Source: Lysobacterales bacterium
GTDB taxonomy: Bacteria; Pseudomonadota; Gammaproteobacteria; Xanthomonadales; SZUA-38
DNA: 64,000 nt
NCBI GenBank assembly: GCA_030065125.1
Contig: JASJDM010000016.1
Coordinates: 52,328 to 116,327, forward strand
Reading direction: 5' to 3'
Shown: positions 9,618-19,476 of the stretch, one piece after another
How the letters are laid out: each line of letters opens with the position of its first letter
How positions within the stretch are numbered: the first letter of the stretch is position 1
Translations under genes and position numbers: made by a program
The notes under the pieces: model-generated
What the model was told of the DNA's origin: nothing
Databases searched by the model: none
The model's input: the letters and a program-made list of their open reading frames with translations, nothing else

Positions 9618-9667
9618 ATGGGGCATTTGCCCTGGGTGACACCCATTTAACAAGCGGCCATGGCCGC
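9618..9667. promoter_or_regulatory. Three adjacent short palindromes in the leader of the RiPP precursor gene
   Basis: GGGCA-TT-TGCCC (9621-9632), TGGGTG-A-CACCCA (9633-9645) and the perfect 14-mer GCGGCCATGGCCGC (9654-9667). Function is inferred only. Confidence 0.3.
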
Positions 9668-9693
9668 ATCATGACACTGTGAGGATGGACCTA

Positions 9694-10086
9694 ATGTCGA
9701 ACCAAGAGACCAAAGCTAACTGTATCAAGCCCTTGACTGCTGCCGTTGGCGCCGCGTTTGTTTCAAGCGTTGCCCTGACCGGAGCGGCCGTTGCGGCTGA
9801 AAATCCGTTTGAGCTCACCGACCTGGACAGCGGCTACATGGTGGCTGGCAAAGACAAGGGTGAGGAAGGAAAGTGCGGCGAAGGCAAGTGCGGCGGCGAC
9901 AAGGGCGAGGAAGGCTCCTGCGGCGAAGGCAAGTGCGGCGGCGACAAGGGTGAAGAAGGCTCCTGCGGCGAAGGCAAGTGCGGCGGCGACAAGGGCGAGG
10001 AAGGCTCCTGTGGCGAAGGCAAGTGCGGCGGCGACAAGGGCGAAGAGGGCAAGTGTGGTGAAGGCAAGTGCGGTGGCGCTGCCTGA
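9694..10086 (+). CDS. Secreted HvfA-like RiPP precursor (EGKCG-repeat, MNIO substrate)
   Basis: GAGGA RBS then ATG at 9694; signal peptide, AENPF..L..GY.VA motif, then five 15-aa repeats DKGEEG(K/S)CGEGKCGG (10 Cys); directly upstream of DUF692 and DUF2063 genes. Confidence 0.88.
   Translation: MSNQETKANCIKPLTAAVGAAFVSSVALTGAAVAAENPFELTDLDSGYMVAGKDKGEEGKCGEGKCGGDKGEEGSCGEGKCGGDKGEEGSCGEGKCGGDKGEEGSCGEGKCGGDKGEEGKCGEGKCGGAA
9853..10077 (+). repeat. Five tandem 45-bp coding repeats in the RiPP precursor
   Basis: Unit GACAAGGG(T/C)GA(G/A)GA(A/G)GG...TG(C/T)GG(C/T)GAAGGCAAGTGCGG(C/T)GGC x5, read directly from the sequence. Confidence 0.95.
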
Positions 10087-10100
10087 TCTGATCTGAAGCC

Positions 10101-10964
10101 ATGAGTCAACGACACCCCGTAAATGGTGCCGGACTCGGACTGCGGCGGGCCCTGCTGGGCCCGCTGCAGCGATTCGAGGGGCCCTACCCGGTGGACTTCT
10201 GGGAGGTCGCGCCGGAGAACTGGATCAACGTCGGTGGGCGGCTGGGGCGAAAGCTCCGGGAGTTCACTGAGCAGCACCCCTTCGTGTGCCACGGGTTGTC
10301 GCTGTCATTGGGTGGGCCGTCCCCCCTGGACGAGACCTTTCTGCACAAGGTGCGCAACTTTCTGCAGACCCACAACATCCGCTGTTACAGCGAACACCTG
10401 AGCTACTGCACCGATGAAGGTCACCTGTACGACCTGATGCCGATCCCCTTTACCGAAGAAGCCGTGGACTACGTGGCAGAGCGCATTCAGCGAACCCAGG
10501 ACATCATCGGTCAGCGAATCGCTATCGAAAACGTCTCCTACTACGCCGCGCCAGGCCAGGAGATGGACGAAATCGAATTCATCAACGCCGTGCTGCAGAA
10601 AGCGGACTGCGATCTGCTGCTCGACGTCAACAACATCTACGTCAACAGCGTCAACCACCGCTACGACGCCCTTGAGTTTCTCAGCGGGCTGCCCGGTGAG
10701 CGGGTGGCCTACTGCCATATAGCCGGCCACTACAACGAGGCCGAAGACCTGATAGTCGATACCCACGGTTCCGCCGTCATTGACGGTGTCTGGCAGATCC
10801 TGGACAAGGCTTACCAGCTTTTCGGCCCCATGCCGACCCTGGTTGAGCGGGATTTCAACTTCCCGCCGGTTGAAGAGCTGTTTGAAGAAGTCCAGAGGGT
10901 CCGGGACTACCAGTCCGGACACGACTACCCCGAGCAGGCCACGGCCCATGCCGGCGCCCGCTGA
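10101..10964 (+). CDS. DUF692 family multinuclear non-heme iron oxidase (MNIO, HvfB-like)
   Basis: [53 protein letters not shown] and LVERD metal-ligand motifs. Confidence 0.93.
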   Translation: MSQRHPVNGAGLGLRRALLGPLQRFEGPYPVDFWEVAPENWINVGGRLGRKLREFTEQHPFVCHGLSLSLGGPSPLDETFLHKVRNFLQTHNIRCYSEHLSYCTDEGHLYDLMPIPFTEEAVDYVAERIQRTQDIIGQRIAIENVSYYAAPGQEMDEIEFINAVLQKADCDLLLDVNNIYVNSVNHRYDALEFLSGLPGERVAYCHIAGHYNEAEDLIVDTHGSAVIDGVWQILDKAYQLFGPMPTLVERDFNFPPVEELFEEVQRVRDYQSGHDYPEQATAHAGAR

Positions 10965-11721
10965 GGGTTCACTGCGGGACCTGCAAACCCGCTTTGCCGC
11001 CCACATCCGCGACCCGGATGCCAACCCGGCGCCCGGCGACGTGGAGGACCGGCGCATGGCGATCTACCGGGAGCTGTTTTTCAACAACATCCAGGGATTC
11101 ATCGCCGGCAATTTCCCGGTTTTGCGCAAGCTCTACAGCAGGCAGGACTGGCTGGCACTGGTGCGCGATTTTTACGCCCGCCACCAGAGCCATACCCCGA
11201 TGTTCCCGGAACTGCCGCGGGAGTTCCTGCAGTTCATGGAGTCCGAGCGGGGCGATCACGCGGGTGACCCACCCTTCGCCCTGGAACTGGCCCACTACGA
11301 ATGGGCCGAACTGGCGCTCTACATGGACGAAAACGACATCGACGATGTCCCGGCGGATCCGGCAGGCGACCTGCTGGACGGCCGCCCCGTGGCGTCGCCG
11401 GTGGCGTGGCTGCTGAGCTACCAGTACCCGGTGCATCGAATTCGGCCGGATTTTCAACCCACCGAGGCGCCAGCCAGCCCCACGTACCTGGTGGTTTACC
11501 GGCGGCGAAACGATCGGGTCAGGTTCATGGAACTCAATGCCGTGTCGGCCCGACTGCTGCACCTCATCCAGAGCGAACCCGGCCTCACCGGACGGCAATA
11601 CCTGGAGCGCATTGCCGGTGAACTTGGACAGCCCGCGGAACAACTGCTCGACGGCGGCAGCAACATCCTTGACGACCTGGCCCGCCGGGAAGTGTTGCTC
11701 GGTACCCGGCCTGAAAGCTGA
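10948..11721 (+). CDS. DUF2063 family MNIO partner protein (RRE-type, HvfC-like)
   Basis: [12 protein letters not shown]...[14 protein letters not shown]...FPVL...[15 protein letters not shown]...[10 protein letters not shown]...YQYPVHRI; start overlaps the DUF692 3' end. Confidence 0.9.
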   Translation: MPAPAEGSLRDLQTRFAAHIRDPDANPAPGDVEDRRMAIYRELFFNNIQGFIAGNFPVLRKLYSRQDWLALVRDFYARHQSHTPMFPELPREFLQFMESERGDHAGDPPFALELAHYEWAELALYMDENDIDDVPADPAGDLLDGRPVASPVAWLLSYQYPVHRIRPDFQPTEAPASPTYLVVYRRRNDRVRFMELNAVSARLLHLIQSEPGLTGRQYLERIAGELGQPAEQLLDGGSNILDDLARREVLLGTRPES

Positions 11722-11765
11722 CGCGGACCGGGGGCCCTGGACCTCAGCCAAAGTCTCACCATGTT

Positions 11766-12425
11766 ATGCTGGACGCGATGTCGCCGCCTGAGCACAAATC
11801 CGCCATCGCGCGGCGTTTCCGGGGTTTTCTTCCAGTCGTCGTTGACGTGGAGACCGGCGGTTTCAATCCCGCCCGTCACGCGCTGCTCGAGATCGCCGTC
11901 TGCCCTATTCGCATGGATGACTCAGGTCTGGTGGCGCCGGGATCAATCGTGTCAGCCCACGTCAAACCGTTCCCTGATGGCGTAGTGGAACCCGAGTCAC
12001 TGGAGGTCACCGGCATCGACCCGGACCATCCGTTTCGCAACGCCGTGGAAGAACTGGAGGCACTGCGGCAGATTTGCCGACCGGTGCGACAGGAAATGCG
12101 GGACACGGGCTGTAATCGGGCGATCCTGGTAGGCCACAACTCGGCCTTTGACATGGCGTTTCTGAACGCCGCCATCGAACGAACTGGCTACAAGCGTTCG
12201 CCTTTTCATCCGTTCAGCACCTTCGATACGGTGACCCTGGGCGGGCTGGCCTATGGCCAGACTGTGCTGGCAAGGGCCGCGTCAGCGGCAAAGATCGAAT
12301 GGCAGGCCGACTACGCCCATTCGGCAACCTACGACGTGCAGAAGACCTCGGAGCTGTTTTGCGCCATTGTCAACCAGTGGCATGAAAAGATAGGAATTCC
12401 CTGGACCTGGCCCAACAACAGCTGA
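11766..12425 (+). CDS. rnt: Ribonuclease T
   Basis: [52 protein letters not shown] (DEDDh exonuclease). Confidence 0.95.
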   Translation: MLDAMSPPEHKSAIARRFRGFLPVVVDVETGGFNPARHALLEIAVCPIRMDDSGLVAPGSIVSAHVKPFPDGVVEPESLEVTGIDPDHPFRNAVEELEALRQICRPVRQEMRDTGCNRAILVGHNSAFDMAFLNAAIERTGYKRSPFHPFSTFDTVTLGGLAYGQTVLARAASAAKIEWQADYAHSATYDVQKTSELFCAIVNQWHEKIGIPWTWPNNS

Positions 12426-12443
12426 ACCCACGCGCAAGGTGTA

Positions 12444-12776
12444 TCAGCTGGCGGCCAGGAACTCCGGCTGGAGGTTGGATACCATGGCCTGCAATTCGCC
12501 CTGCTGCAGCAGGTCACACACCACTTCCGCGCCCCCCAGGAACTCGCCGTTGAGAAAAACCTGAGGCACTCCACCCCAGTCGGATTGCTTGGGCAGAAAC
12601 GCCCTGACCTCCGGATCCTGCCGCAGGTCCAGGTGAAGATAATCCGCGCCTACGCTGCCCAGCGCCTCGACCACGTCAAAGGATCCCTGACACATCGGCT
12701 TGTCCGGGGTGCCCCGCATGAAAACGATCAGAGAGTGAGATTGGAGAATGCCCTGCAGGCGTTCGGTGGCGTTCAT
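12444..12776 (-). CDS. grxD: Grx4/GrxD-like monothiol glutaredoxin with an atypical active site
   Basis: Overall GrxD layout and rnt-grxD-sodB synteny, but CQGS replaces CGFS, WGGVP replaces WPTFP and GGAE replaces GGCD. Confidence 0.75.
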   Translation of the reverse strand: MNATERLQGILQSHSLIVFMRGTPDKPMCQGSFDVVEALGSVGADYLHLDLRQDPEVRAFLPKQSDWGGVPQVFLNGEFLGGAEVVCDLLQQGELQAMVSNLQPEFLAAS

Positions 12777-13012
12777 TAAGTATCCATCGGAAACTTGGAT
12801 CGGAATTATTACATATCCACCGTTAACGCAAAGTAAAATTTGGTTAATTCCCGGGCCGAAACGGCGCCTGCGGGGACATGAGCCGCCTCCCGGCGCACCT
12901 TCAAAATTTCCCCGGGCATCCCGTTGATAAACACTGGCAATGACCTGATCTAGACAATCGTGCGGCTACAGTTGCGGTCGCTTATTTCACCACCTTGAAC
13001 AAGGAGCTTTCA

Positions 13013-13591
13013 GTGGCTATTGAACTACCCCCGTTGCCCTACGAGCGTGACGCTCTGGAACCCCACATTTCGTCCGAAACCATCGATTTCCACTACGGAA
13101 AGCACCACCAGGCCTATGTCAACAATCTCAACGGCATGATCGCCGGCACCGAAGATGAGTCCCGGTCGCTGGAAGAGATCATCCGGTCCTCCAGTGGCGG
13201 CCTGTTCAACAACGCGGCCCAGATCTGGAATCACACCTTCTACTGGAACTGCCTCAGCCCTGCCGGCGGTGGCGATCCCGAAGGCCCCCTGGCCGACGCC
13301 ATCGTTCGCGATTTTGGGTCCATCGACGCCTTCCGTGAGCAGTTCAGCAAGACCGCTGCAACCACCTTCGGCAGTGGCTGGGCCTGGCTGGTCCAGCGCG
13401 CGGACGGCACCCTGGCCCTGACCAGCTCCAGCAACGCAGAAACCCCGCTCACCGGCGAAGACACCCCGCTTTTGACCTGCGATGTGTGGGAGCACGCGTA
13501 CTACATCGACTACCGCAATGCTCGCCCGGACTATATTGCTGCGTTCTGGAACCTTGTAAACTGGGAGTTTGTCGCGTCTCAGATGAACTGA
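13013..13591 (+). CDS. sodB: Fe/Mn superoxide dismutase (Fe-type likely)
   Basis: AAGGAG RBS then GTG at 13013; [45 protein letters not shown]. Confidence 0.95.
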   Translation: MAIELPPLPYERDALEPHISSETIDFHYGKHHQAYVNNLNGMIAGTEDESRSLEEIIRSSSGGLFNNAAQIWNHTFYWNCLSPAGGGDPEGPLADAIVRDFGSIDAFREQFSKTAATTFGSGWAWLVQRADGTLALTSSSNAETPLTGEDTPLLTCDVWEHAYYIDYRNARPDYIAAFWNLVNWEFVASQMN

Positions 13592-13595
13592 TGTC

Positions 13596-14801
13596 ATGAA
13601 TCACCCCAAGCAGCCAGCGCCGGACCACCTGCTGGGCGTCTACGGGCGGATGCCCGTTCGTTTCCAGCGTGGCGAAGGCGTGTGGCTGTGGGATGATCAG
13701 GGAAACCGCTACCTGGACGCCATCACGGGAATCGGCGTGTGCAGCCTTGGGCACGCCCATCCGGAGATTGCCGACGCCATTGCCGACCAGGCACGGACAC
13801 TGATTCACACGTCCAATATTCCGCGCATTCCGCTGCAGGAACAGCTGGCGGAACAGCTGTGCGAGATCGCCGGGATGGATCACGCGTTTTTCGGCAACTC
13901 CGGCGCGGAAGCCATCGAATGCTGCGTCAAGATGGCCCGGGCCTACGGCCATCGGGTGCGGGGCATTTCCAGCCCCGAGATCCTGGTCATGTCGGGTTGT
14001 TTCCACGGTCGGACCATGACCTGCATCAGTGCCAGCGACAATCCCAAGTACCAGCAAGGTTTTGAGCCCCTGCTGCCGGGTTTTGTCAGCGCCCCTTTCG
14101 GCGACCTGGACGCGGTTCGGGCACTGGCATCCAGCCACCCGTCCCTGGTGGCCGTGATGCTGGAACCCGTGCAGGGCGAAGGCGGCGTTGTGGTGGCCCC
14201 AGACGGCTACCTGGCCGACCTTCGAGGGCTGTGTGATGAGCTGGGGCTGCTGCTGATTGCCGACGAAGTTCAGACCGGCATGGGCAAAACCGGCAGCTGG
14301 TTCGCCTACCAGCACGAACAGGTGGTTCCGGACATTGTCGCGGTCGCCAAGGCGCTCGGAAACGGGGTCCCCATCGGGGCGTGTCTGGCGCGAGCCGAGG
14401 TATCCCAGGTCATGGTGCCCGGAGATCACGGTTCGACCTACGGCGGCAATCCCCTGGCCTGCCGCGCCGGCCTCGCCGTCATCAATATCATGCGGCGCGA
14501 CGACATTCCCCAGCGGGCCGCCGACATGGGGCAGCGCCTGCGCCTGCGCCTGGGCCAGCGCCTGGCCGACACCCCCGGAGTCCGGGAAATTCGCGGCCGC
14601 GGGCTGATGATCGGCATCGAACTGGACCGCGACGCCACCCCGGTCAAGACCGCGGCCCTGGGCCGGCATGTCCTGACTAACGTCACCCGCGGGAAGGTGG
14701 TGCGGTTGTTACCGCCGCTGATTATTGAGCAGGAGGAATTGGAGCTGCTGGCCGAGGTCATTGGTGATTCGATTCTGCAGCTTCTGGAAGGGGGCGAGTA
14801 G
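13596..14801 (+). CDS. argD: Acetylornithine/succinylornithine aminotransferase (class III PLP)
   Basis: GIGVCSLGHAHP, NSGAEAIE, FHGRT, EPVQGEGG, DEVQTGMGKTG, AKALGNGVPIGA, HGSTYGGNPLAC. Confidence 0.88.
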   Translation: MNHPKQPAPDHLLGVYGRMPVRFQRGEGVWLWDDQGNRYLDAITGIGVCSLGHAHPEIADAIADQARTLIHTSNIPRIPLQEQLAEQLCEIAGMDHAFFGNSGAEAIECCVKMARAYGHRVRGISSPEILVMSGCFHGRTMTCISASDNPKYQQGFEPLLPGFVSAPFGDLDAVRALASSHPSLVAVMLEPVQGEGGVVVAPDGYLADLRGLCDELGLLLIADEVQTGMGKTGSWFAYQHEQVVPDIVAVAKALGNGVPIGACLARAEVSQVMVPGDHGSTYGGNPLACRAGLAVINIMRRDDIPQRAADMGQRLRLRLGQRLADTPGVREIRGRGLMIGIELDRDATPVKTAALGRHVLTNVTRGKVVRLLPPLIIEQEELELLAEVIGDSILQLLEGGE

Positions 14802-14810
14802 CTGCTCAAT

Positions 14811-14928
14811 GGGGAACGCTCGCTGCGCGAGCTAGGAAACGCGTCCTGCGGACGCTGGGGAACGCTCGCTGCGCGAGCTGGGGAACGGCCGCTATGCGGC
14901 CTGGGAAACGCGCGCTTCGCGCGCTGGG
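14811..14928 (+). repeat. Left array: five tandem 23-bp hairpin units
   Basis: Units start at 14811, 14834, 14857, 14880 and 14903; each is RGGRAAC + 6-bp stem + 3-nt loop + complementary stem + T (stems GCTCGC, GCGTCC, GCTCGC, GGCCGC, GCGCGC). Confidence 0.92.
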
Positions 14929-15015
14929 TTGTCCCCCCTGCTGCTCGCCAATCCACACGCAGCAGCCATTCGAAGTCAGCACACCTTGGGAACCTGTTTA
15001 CCATGAGCGAAGGGG

Positions 15016-15107
15016 CCCAGCGCGAAGCGCGTTCCCCAGGCCGCGCCAGCGGCCGTTTCCTAGCGTCCGCAGGACGCGTTTCCTAGCTCGCGCAGCGAGC
15101 GTTCCCC
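15016..15107 (-). repeat. Right array: four hairpin units, inverted relative to the left array
   Basis: Reverse complement of 15085-15107 equals left unit 1, and of 15062-15084 equals unit 2; 15038-15061 resembles unit 4 (4-nt loop); 15019-15037 resembles unit 5 (4-bp stem). Confidence 0.92.
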
Positions 15108-15110
15108 GGG

Positions 15111-16238
15111 TCAATGCCCTCTGGTGAATGCCTCAACTCCCGACTCCTTCAACTGCTCTCCCAGTGCAAGGGCGAATTTCCCCAATTCCGCCTGTAGCGC
15201 CAGGATGTTCTCGGCGTTGATGGTCACGTGGCCGACTTTGCGACCGGCGCGTGGTTTTTTGCCGTAGTCGTGCCAGTGGGCGTTGGGGTAGCTGAGGGCG
15301 TTGGAGGGGTCTGGCATGGCGCCGATCCAGTTGAGCATGGCAGATGCGCCAACCGGGTCGGTTGAACCCAACGGCCAGCCCATGATCGCCCTCAGGTGGT
15401 TTTCGAACTGTGATGTGACGGCGCCGTCGATGGTCCAGTGCCCGGAATTGTGCACCCGTGGCGCCATTTCGTTGGCAACCAGGCCGTCATCGACGTCGAA
15501 GAATTCGATGGTCAGCACACCGCAGTAGTCCAGGTTGTCCAGCACCTTGATGGCATAAGCCCTGGCGCGCTCCACCAGCAGGCCGGCGTTGGCCGGCGCA
15601 AAGCTGGTAATCAGAATTCCGTCTTTGTGACGATTCTCGGTCAGGGGATAAAACACCGTTTCGCCCCGGGTCGAGCGGGCCGCGATAATGGACAACTCCC
15701 GCTTGAATCTGACGAACGCCTCTAGGATCAGCGCCTGGCCGCCCAGGTCCGACCAGGCCTGGTCCACCTGCTGTCGGTCCTGGATGATGCGCTGGCCCTT
15801 GCCGTCGTATCCCATGCGGCGGGTCTTGAGAACGCAGGGGTATCCCATTTCGTCCGCTGCGCTGACCAGGTCGTCGTAGCTGTCCACGGACGCAAACAGG
15901 GCACAGGGAATGCCCGCGTCGGAGAAGAAGGTTTTTTCCCGCAGCCGGTCCTGGGAAACCTCCAGGGCCTGGTAGCGGGGAAACACCGGCAACGAATCGG
16001 ACAGCGACCGGGCTGACGCCACCGGCACGTTCTCGAAATCGTAGGTCACGATATCCACGGCGTCTGCCAGTTGCGCCAGGGCCGCTTCGTCATCGTAGGG
16101 AGCACAGATCAAATCCCCCACCACACCGGCGCAGGCATCTTCAGCAGGGTCCAGGAAAACAAACTCCTGCCCCAGCGGTACGCCTGCCAGAGCCATCATG
16201 CGGCCCAGCTGGCCGCCGCCCAGTACACCGACTTTCAT
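15111..16238 (-). CDS. purK: N5-carboxyaminoimidazole ribonucleotide synthase
   Basis: VGVLGGGQLGRMM, TYDFENVP, KTRRMGYDGKGQ, NEMAPRVHNSGHWT, SQFENHLRA, YGKKPRAGRKVGH; downstream of purE. Confidence 0.96.
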   Translation of the reverse strand: MKVGVLGGGQLGRMMALAGVPLGQEFVFLDPAEDACAGVVGDLICAPYDDEAALAQLADAVDIVTYDFENVPVASARSLSDSLPVFPRYQALEVSQDRLREKTFFSDAGIPCALFASVDSYDDLVSAADEMGYPCVLKTRRMGYDGKGQRIIQDRQQVDQAWSDLGGQALILEAFVRFKRELSIIAARSTRGETVFYPLTENRHKDGILITSFAPANAGLLVERARAYAIKVLDNLDYCGVLTIEFFDVDDGLVANEMAPRVHNSGHWTIDGAVTSQFENHLRAIMGWPLGSTDPVGASAMLNWIGAMPDPSNALSYPNAHWHDYGKKPRAGRKVGHVTINAENILALQAELGKFALALGEQLKESGVEAFTRGH

Positions 16239-16248
16239 GCTCTCGCCT

Positions 16249-16737
16249 TCATGAACTGGGGTCCGGATGGTCCAGCACGGACTGGGTCTGGCGGCTGCGG
16301 AAATCCTGCAGGGCGCTGCGCACCGCCGGGTCCGAATGGGCCACGATGGCCGCGGCCAGCAGCGCGGCGTTCACCGCACCCGCCCGGCCGATGGCCAGGG
16401 TACCCACCGGTATTCCCGCGGGCATCTGGGCAATGGAAAGCAGTGAGTCCATGCCGTTCAGCGCCTTGGACTGCACCGGCACGCCCAGCACCGGCAGCGC
16501 GGTCTTGGCAGCCACCATGCCCGGCAAATGAGCGGCCCCGCCGGCGCCGGCAATGATCACCTGGATGCCACGGGATTCGGCACTGCCGGCGTAGTCAAAC
16601 AGTAGATCCGGCGTTCTGTGGGCAGACACCACTTTCGTCTCGTGGGCGACGCCAAGCTGTTGGAGTGTATTTACGGTATGTTCCATGGTGCTCCAGTCTG
16701 ACCGGGACCCCATGATCACGCCTACCTGAATATTCAT
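16249..16737 (-). CDS. purE: N5-carboxyaminoimidazole ribonucleotide mutase
   Basis: [55 protein letters not shown]. Confidence 0.97.
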   Translation of the reverse strand: MNIQVGVIMGSRSDWSTMEHTVNTLQQLGVAHETKVVSAHRTPDLLFDYAGSAESRGIQVIIAGAGGAAHLPGMVAAKTALPVLGVPVQSKALNGMDSLLSIAQMPAGIPVGTLAIGRAGAVNAALLAAAIVAHSDPAVRSALQDFRSRQTQSVLDHPDPSS

Positions 16738-16853
16738 CGGCGCATTGTATCTGCTGACCCGACAGGCCACCACCGCAGCGGGACGCCCTTATCCGGAGCG
16801 CCCTATCCGAGGTACACTTGGCCCAACCGGAGAACTCCTGGGAAGGAAGAATC

Positions 16854-17120
16854 ATGCCAGTTGACAAGAAGCTGATGGAGATCCTGTGCTGCCCGGTATC
16901 CAAGGTGCCGGTTACGCCCATGACCTCAAGCTCACTTGAACGGCTGAACCGTGCCATTGAGCAGGGTGAGGTGAAGTACGTTGATGGAGATCCGCTGGAC
17001 CAGGTGATGCAGGAAGCCCTGATTACCGAGGACCGCAAGGTAATCTACGAGGTTCGGGACGACATTCCCATCCTGTTGCCGGAACGAGGCGTGGGAACGG
17101 CCCAGCTGGAGTCAATCTGA
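16854..17120 (+). CDS. Trm112 family protein
   Basis: DKKLMEILCCPVSK...YEVRDDIPILLPE pattern typical of Trm112/YcaR. Confidence 0.85.
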   Translation: MPVDKKLMEILCCPVSKVPVTPMTSSSLERLNRAIEQGEVKYVDGDPLDQVMQEALITEDRKVIYEVRDDIPILLPERGVGTAQLESI

Positions 17121-17130
17121 GCATCCCTCC

Positions 17131-19476
17131 ATGGCGAGCCGGTCTGCAAAACCTGGCGCAGCAATGACGCCTTTCCTACGCTGCGTCCGGGCCGTTCGCA
17201 AAGGCCTGTCGCCGCTGCTCCAGTCCTTCTTCGAGTCGGTGGATGACGCCCTGTTCGACATGGCGGAAAAGGCGGAGAACAACGCGCAGCAGACCCACTA
17301 CTTCGATGGCATGCGGGAAGTACGCCGCAAGCGCAGCGACGCGGAGCAAACTTTTGAGCAGGAGTTCGAAAAATCGCTCAAGGCATTCCGCAAAGGTGAG
17401 CCGTTGCGCAAGGGCCAGGGCCAGCAGGCAGTGACCGAAGATGATCTGACCCTGGTGGACGAACAGGAGCTTGAGGAATCTCTGGCCATTTCCGAGATGG
17501 CCGCCAAGGGTGAGAACCGGCTGTCCCGCTCGCTGCACGCGCTGAGCCAGCGCCTGGGGGCAATACAGCGGAGCCAGCCCCCCGGCAATGAGCAGAACCC
17601 GCTGGCTCCACTCAACCTGTCCATGTGTTTCAAGGTCGCGGCGGACCAGTTTGACGTCGAACTGCCGGTGCTGATCGTCATTTACAAGCTGTTCGACAAG
17701 CACGTTCTGGAAGAGCTCGGCGGCGTATACGATAAGGTCAACCAGGAACTGATCGCGGCCGGCGTGCTGCCACAGCTGCGGGGCCGTGCCCGACAGGCGA
17801 CGCCACCTCCGGCCGGCGACAGCGGTCAGGGTCAGCCCGCCGCCGCACCAGGGCCAGCTGTCCCCGACGTCGCGGACACCGGATACAACGATGATGTTGC
17901 CCTGGCGGAAGAACACGCCATTCAGAACCAGCTGGTGGAGCACATAGTCGATTTGCTGTCGGTGCGCCGCCAGTCAGCGCCGCCGCCGGTTGCCCCCACT
18001 GCGCGGGTGGAAACCAACGATCTGATCAACGCCCTGAGCATTCTGCAGGCGGAGCAGCTGGCACAGCCCCAGCCCGTGGAACAGGCCACGGGCCTGAAAG
18101 ACCTGCTGCTGGCGGAAGTCGCCAAGCTCACTGATACCGAAGCGCCGGGTGCCGGCCACGAAGACGAAAACACCATCGACCTGGTGGCCATGCTGTTCGA
18201 CTTCATCCTGCAGGATCGCAACCTGCCGGACCACATTCAGGTTCTGCTGAGCCGTCTGCAGATACCCTACATCAAGGTGGCCCTGCTGGACGGCCAGCTG
18301 TTTGCCTCCAGGTCCCACCCGGCTCGATTGCTGCTGGACGACCTGGCCAGTGCCGGTGTCGGCTGGAGCGAGGGCAGCGATCGCGGCCAGAAGCTGTACT
18401 CCAAGATGGACGAAATCGTAGAGAAGGTGGTGTCAGAGTTCGATGACGACCTGGTGCTGTTCGACGAGCTGCGCGAGGATTTCACCGGCTTCATGCAGAA
18501 GTCCCGCCGGCGTGCCGACGTGGCTGAAAAGCGAACCGCTGAAGCGACCGAGGGCAAGCAGCGCCTGGAGGCTGCCCGGCAGCATTCCGCCAGGGCGATC
18601 ACCGAACGTATCGACCAGGGGGAACTTCCAAACCTGATCGATGAGCTGCTGCGCAAACCCTGGGCCAATGTGCTGGTCCTCACCGAACTGCGCCACGGTG
18701 AAGACTCCGAGGAACTGGCTCGTGCCCGGAGCTTTGTGGACGACCTGGTCTGGACGGCCGAGCCCAAGACCACGGCGGCGGACGTCGCCCGCCTGCAGTC
18801 GCTGCTGCCGCACCTGTCTAAACAGTTGCGCGCCGGTCTGGAAATGGTGGCCTATCACGAGGACGACATCCGCAGGGTTTTTGGCGGGCTCAAAAAGCTC
18901 TACCAGTCCATGATCGATACCCAGTACCGGGAACAGCTGACACTGCCCGACGATGCCGCCTCGCCGAAGCAGACCATGGATCTGCCGGAGGCCGCGGTGC
19001 CGGTCACCCTGCCGGTTTCCGGCGCCGGGGACATGGACCAGGACATCATGAGCGCCGCCGAGGAAGCGGAAGAAGTGATCCCGCCGGAAGACCTGGAGGC
19101 CGCCTATCTGGAAAAGGTGGAGCAGGCCGAAGTCGGGACCTGGTTCGAGTTCACCCATGAGGACAGGGAGTCTGTGCGGGCCAAGCTGTCGTGGAAAAGC
19201 CCGATCACATCTCGCTACCTGTTCGTGGACCAGAAGGGGTTGAAGGTTGCGGACAAACACACTGTGGAACTGGCCCAGGAACTGGCCAGGGGCGAAGCCA
19301 CCATCCTGGAGGCAGTTCCTCTGGTTGATCGAGCCCTGGGAGCCATAGCCAATCAGCTGAAGGGGGAAAAACCGGGTTCGCACGAAGAGGCCGCCCCCGC
19401 TGACTCTTCGCCAGATCCCTCGGAACCCTCCCCCGCAGACCCTCCGGCCGCCCCCCCATCAGAAAATGACACCTGA
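17131..19476 (+). CDS. DUF1631 family protein
   Basis: [57 protein letters not shown]....HPARLLLD; C-terminal GTWFEF...KLSWKSP...YLFVDQKG. Confidence 0.85.
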   Translation: MASRSAKPGAAMTPFLRCVRAVRKGLSPLLQSFFESVDDALFDMAEKAENNAQQTHYFDGMREVRRKRSDAEQTFEQEFEKSLKAFRKGEPLRKGQGQQAVTEDDLTLVDEQELEESLAISEMAAKGENRLSRSLHALSQRLGAIQRSQPPGNEQNPLAPLNLSMCFKVAADQFDVELPVLIVIYKLFDKHVLEELGGVYDKVNQELIAAGVLPQLRGRARQATPPPAGDSGQGQPAAAPGPAVPDVADTGYNDDVALAEEHAIQNQLVEHIVDLLSVRRQSAPPPVAPTARVETNDLINALSILQAEQLAQPQPVEQATGLKDLLLAEVAKLTDTEAPGAGHEDENTIDLVAMLFDFILQDRNLPDHIQVLLSRLQIPYIKVALLDGQLFASRSHPARLLLDDLASAGVGWSEGSDRGQKLYSKMDEIVEKVVSEFDDDLVLFDELREDFTGFMQKSRRRADVAEKRTAEATEGKQRLEAARQHSARAITERIDQGELPNLIDELLRKPWANVLVLTELRHGEDSEELARARSFVDDLVWTAEPKTTAADVARLQSLLPHLSKQLRAGLEMVAYHEDDIRRVFGGLKKLYQSMIDTQYREQLTLPDDAASPKQTMDLPEAAVPVTLPVSGAGDMDQDIMSAAEEAEEVIPPEDLEAAYLEKVEQAEVGTWFEFTHEDRESVRAKLSWKSPITSRYLFVDQKGLKVADKHTVELAQELARGEATILEAVPLVDRALGAIANQLKGEKPGSHEEAAPADSSPDPSEPSPADPPAAPPSENDT

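Noticed and set aside
9791-10292. Alternative-frame repeat ORFs (KAPAAKASAAATR, PHLPSPQEPSS, RRRTCL)
   Set aside because: Shadows of the 45-bp coding repeat; the EGKCG frame has the RBS, signal peptide and cognate enzymes.
14811-15107. CRISPR array
   Set aside because: Units abut with no unique spacers, the variable part is itself palindromic, the arrays are inverted, and no cas gene is present.
14438-15127. ORFs 14438-15004(-) and 14894-15127(+) across the repeat element
   Set aside because: Low-complexity Arg/Pro/Ala translations of the repeats that overlap argD or purK; no RBS or motif.
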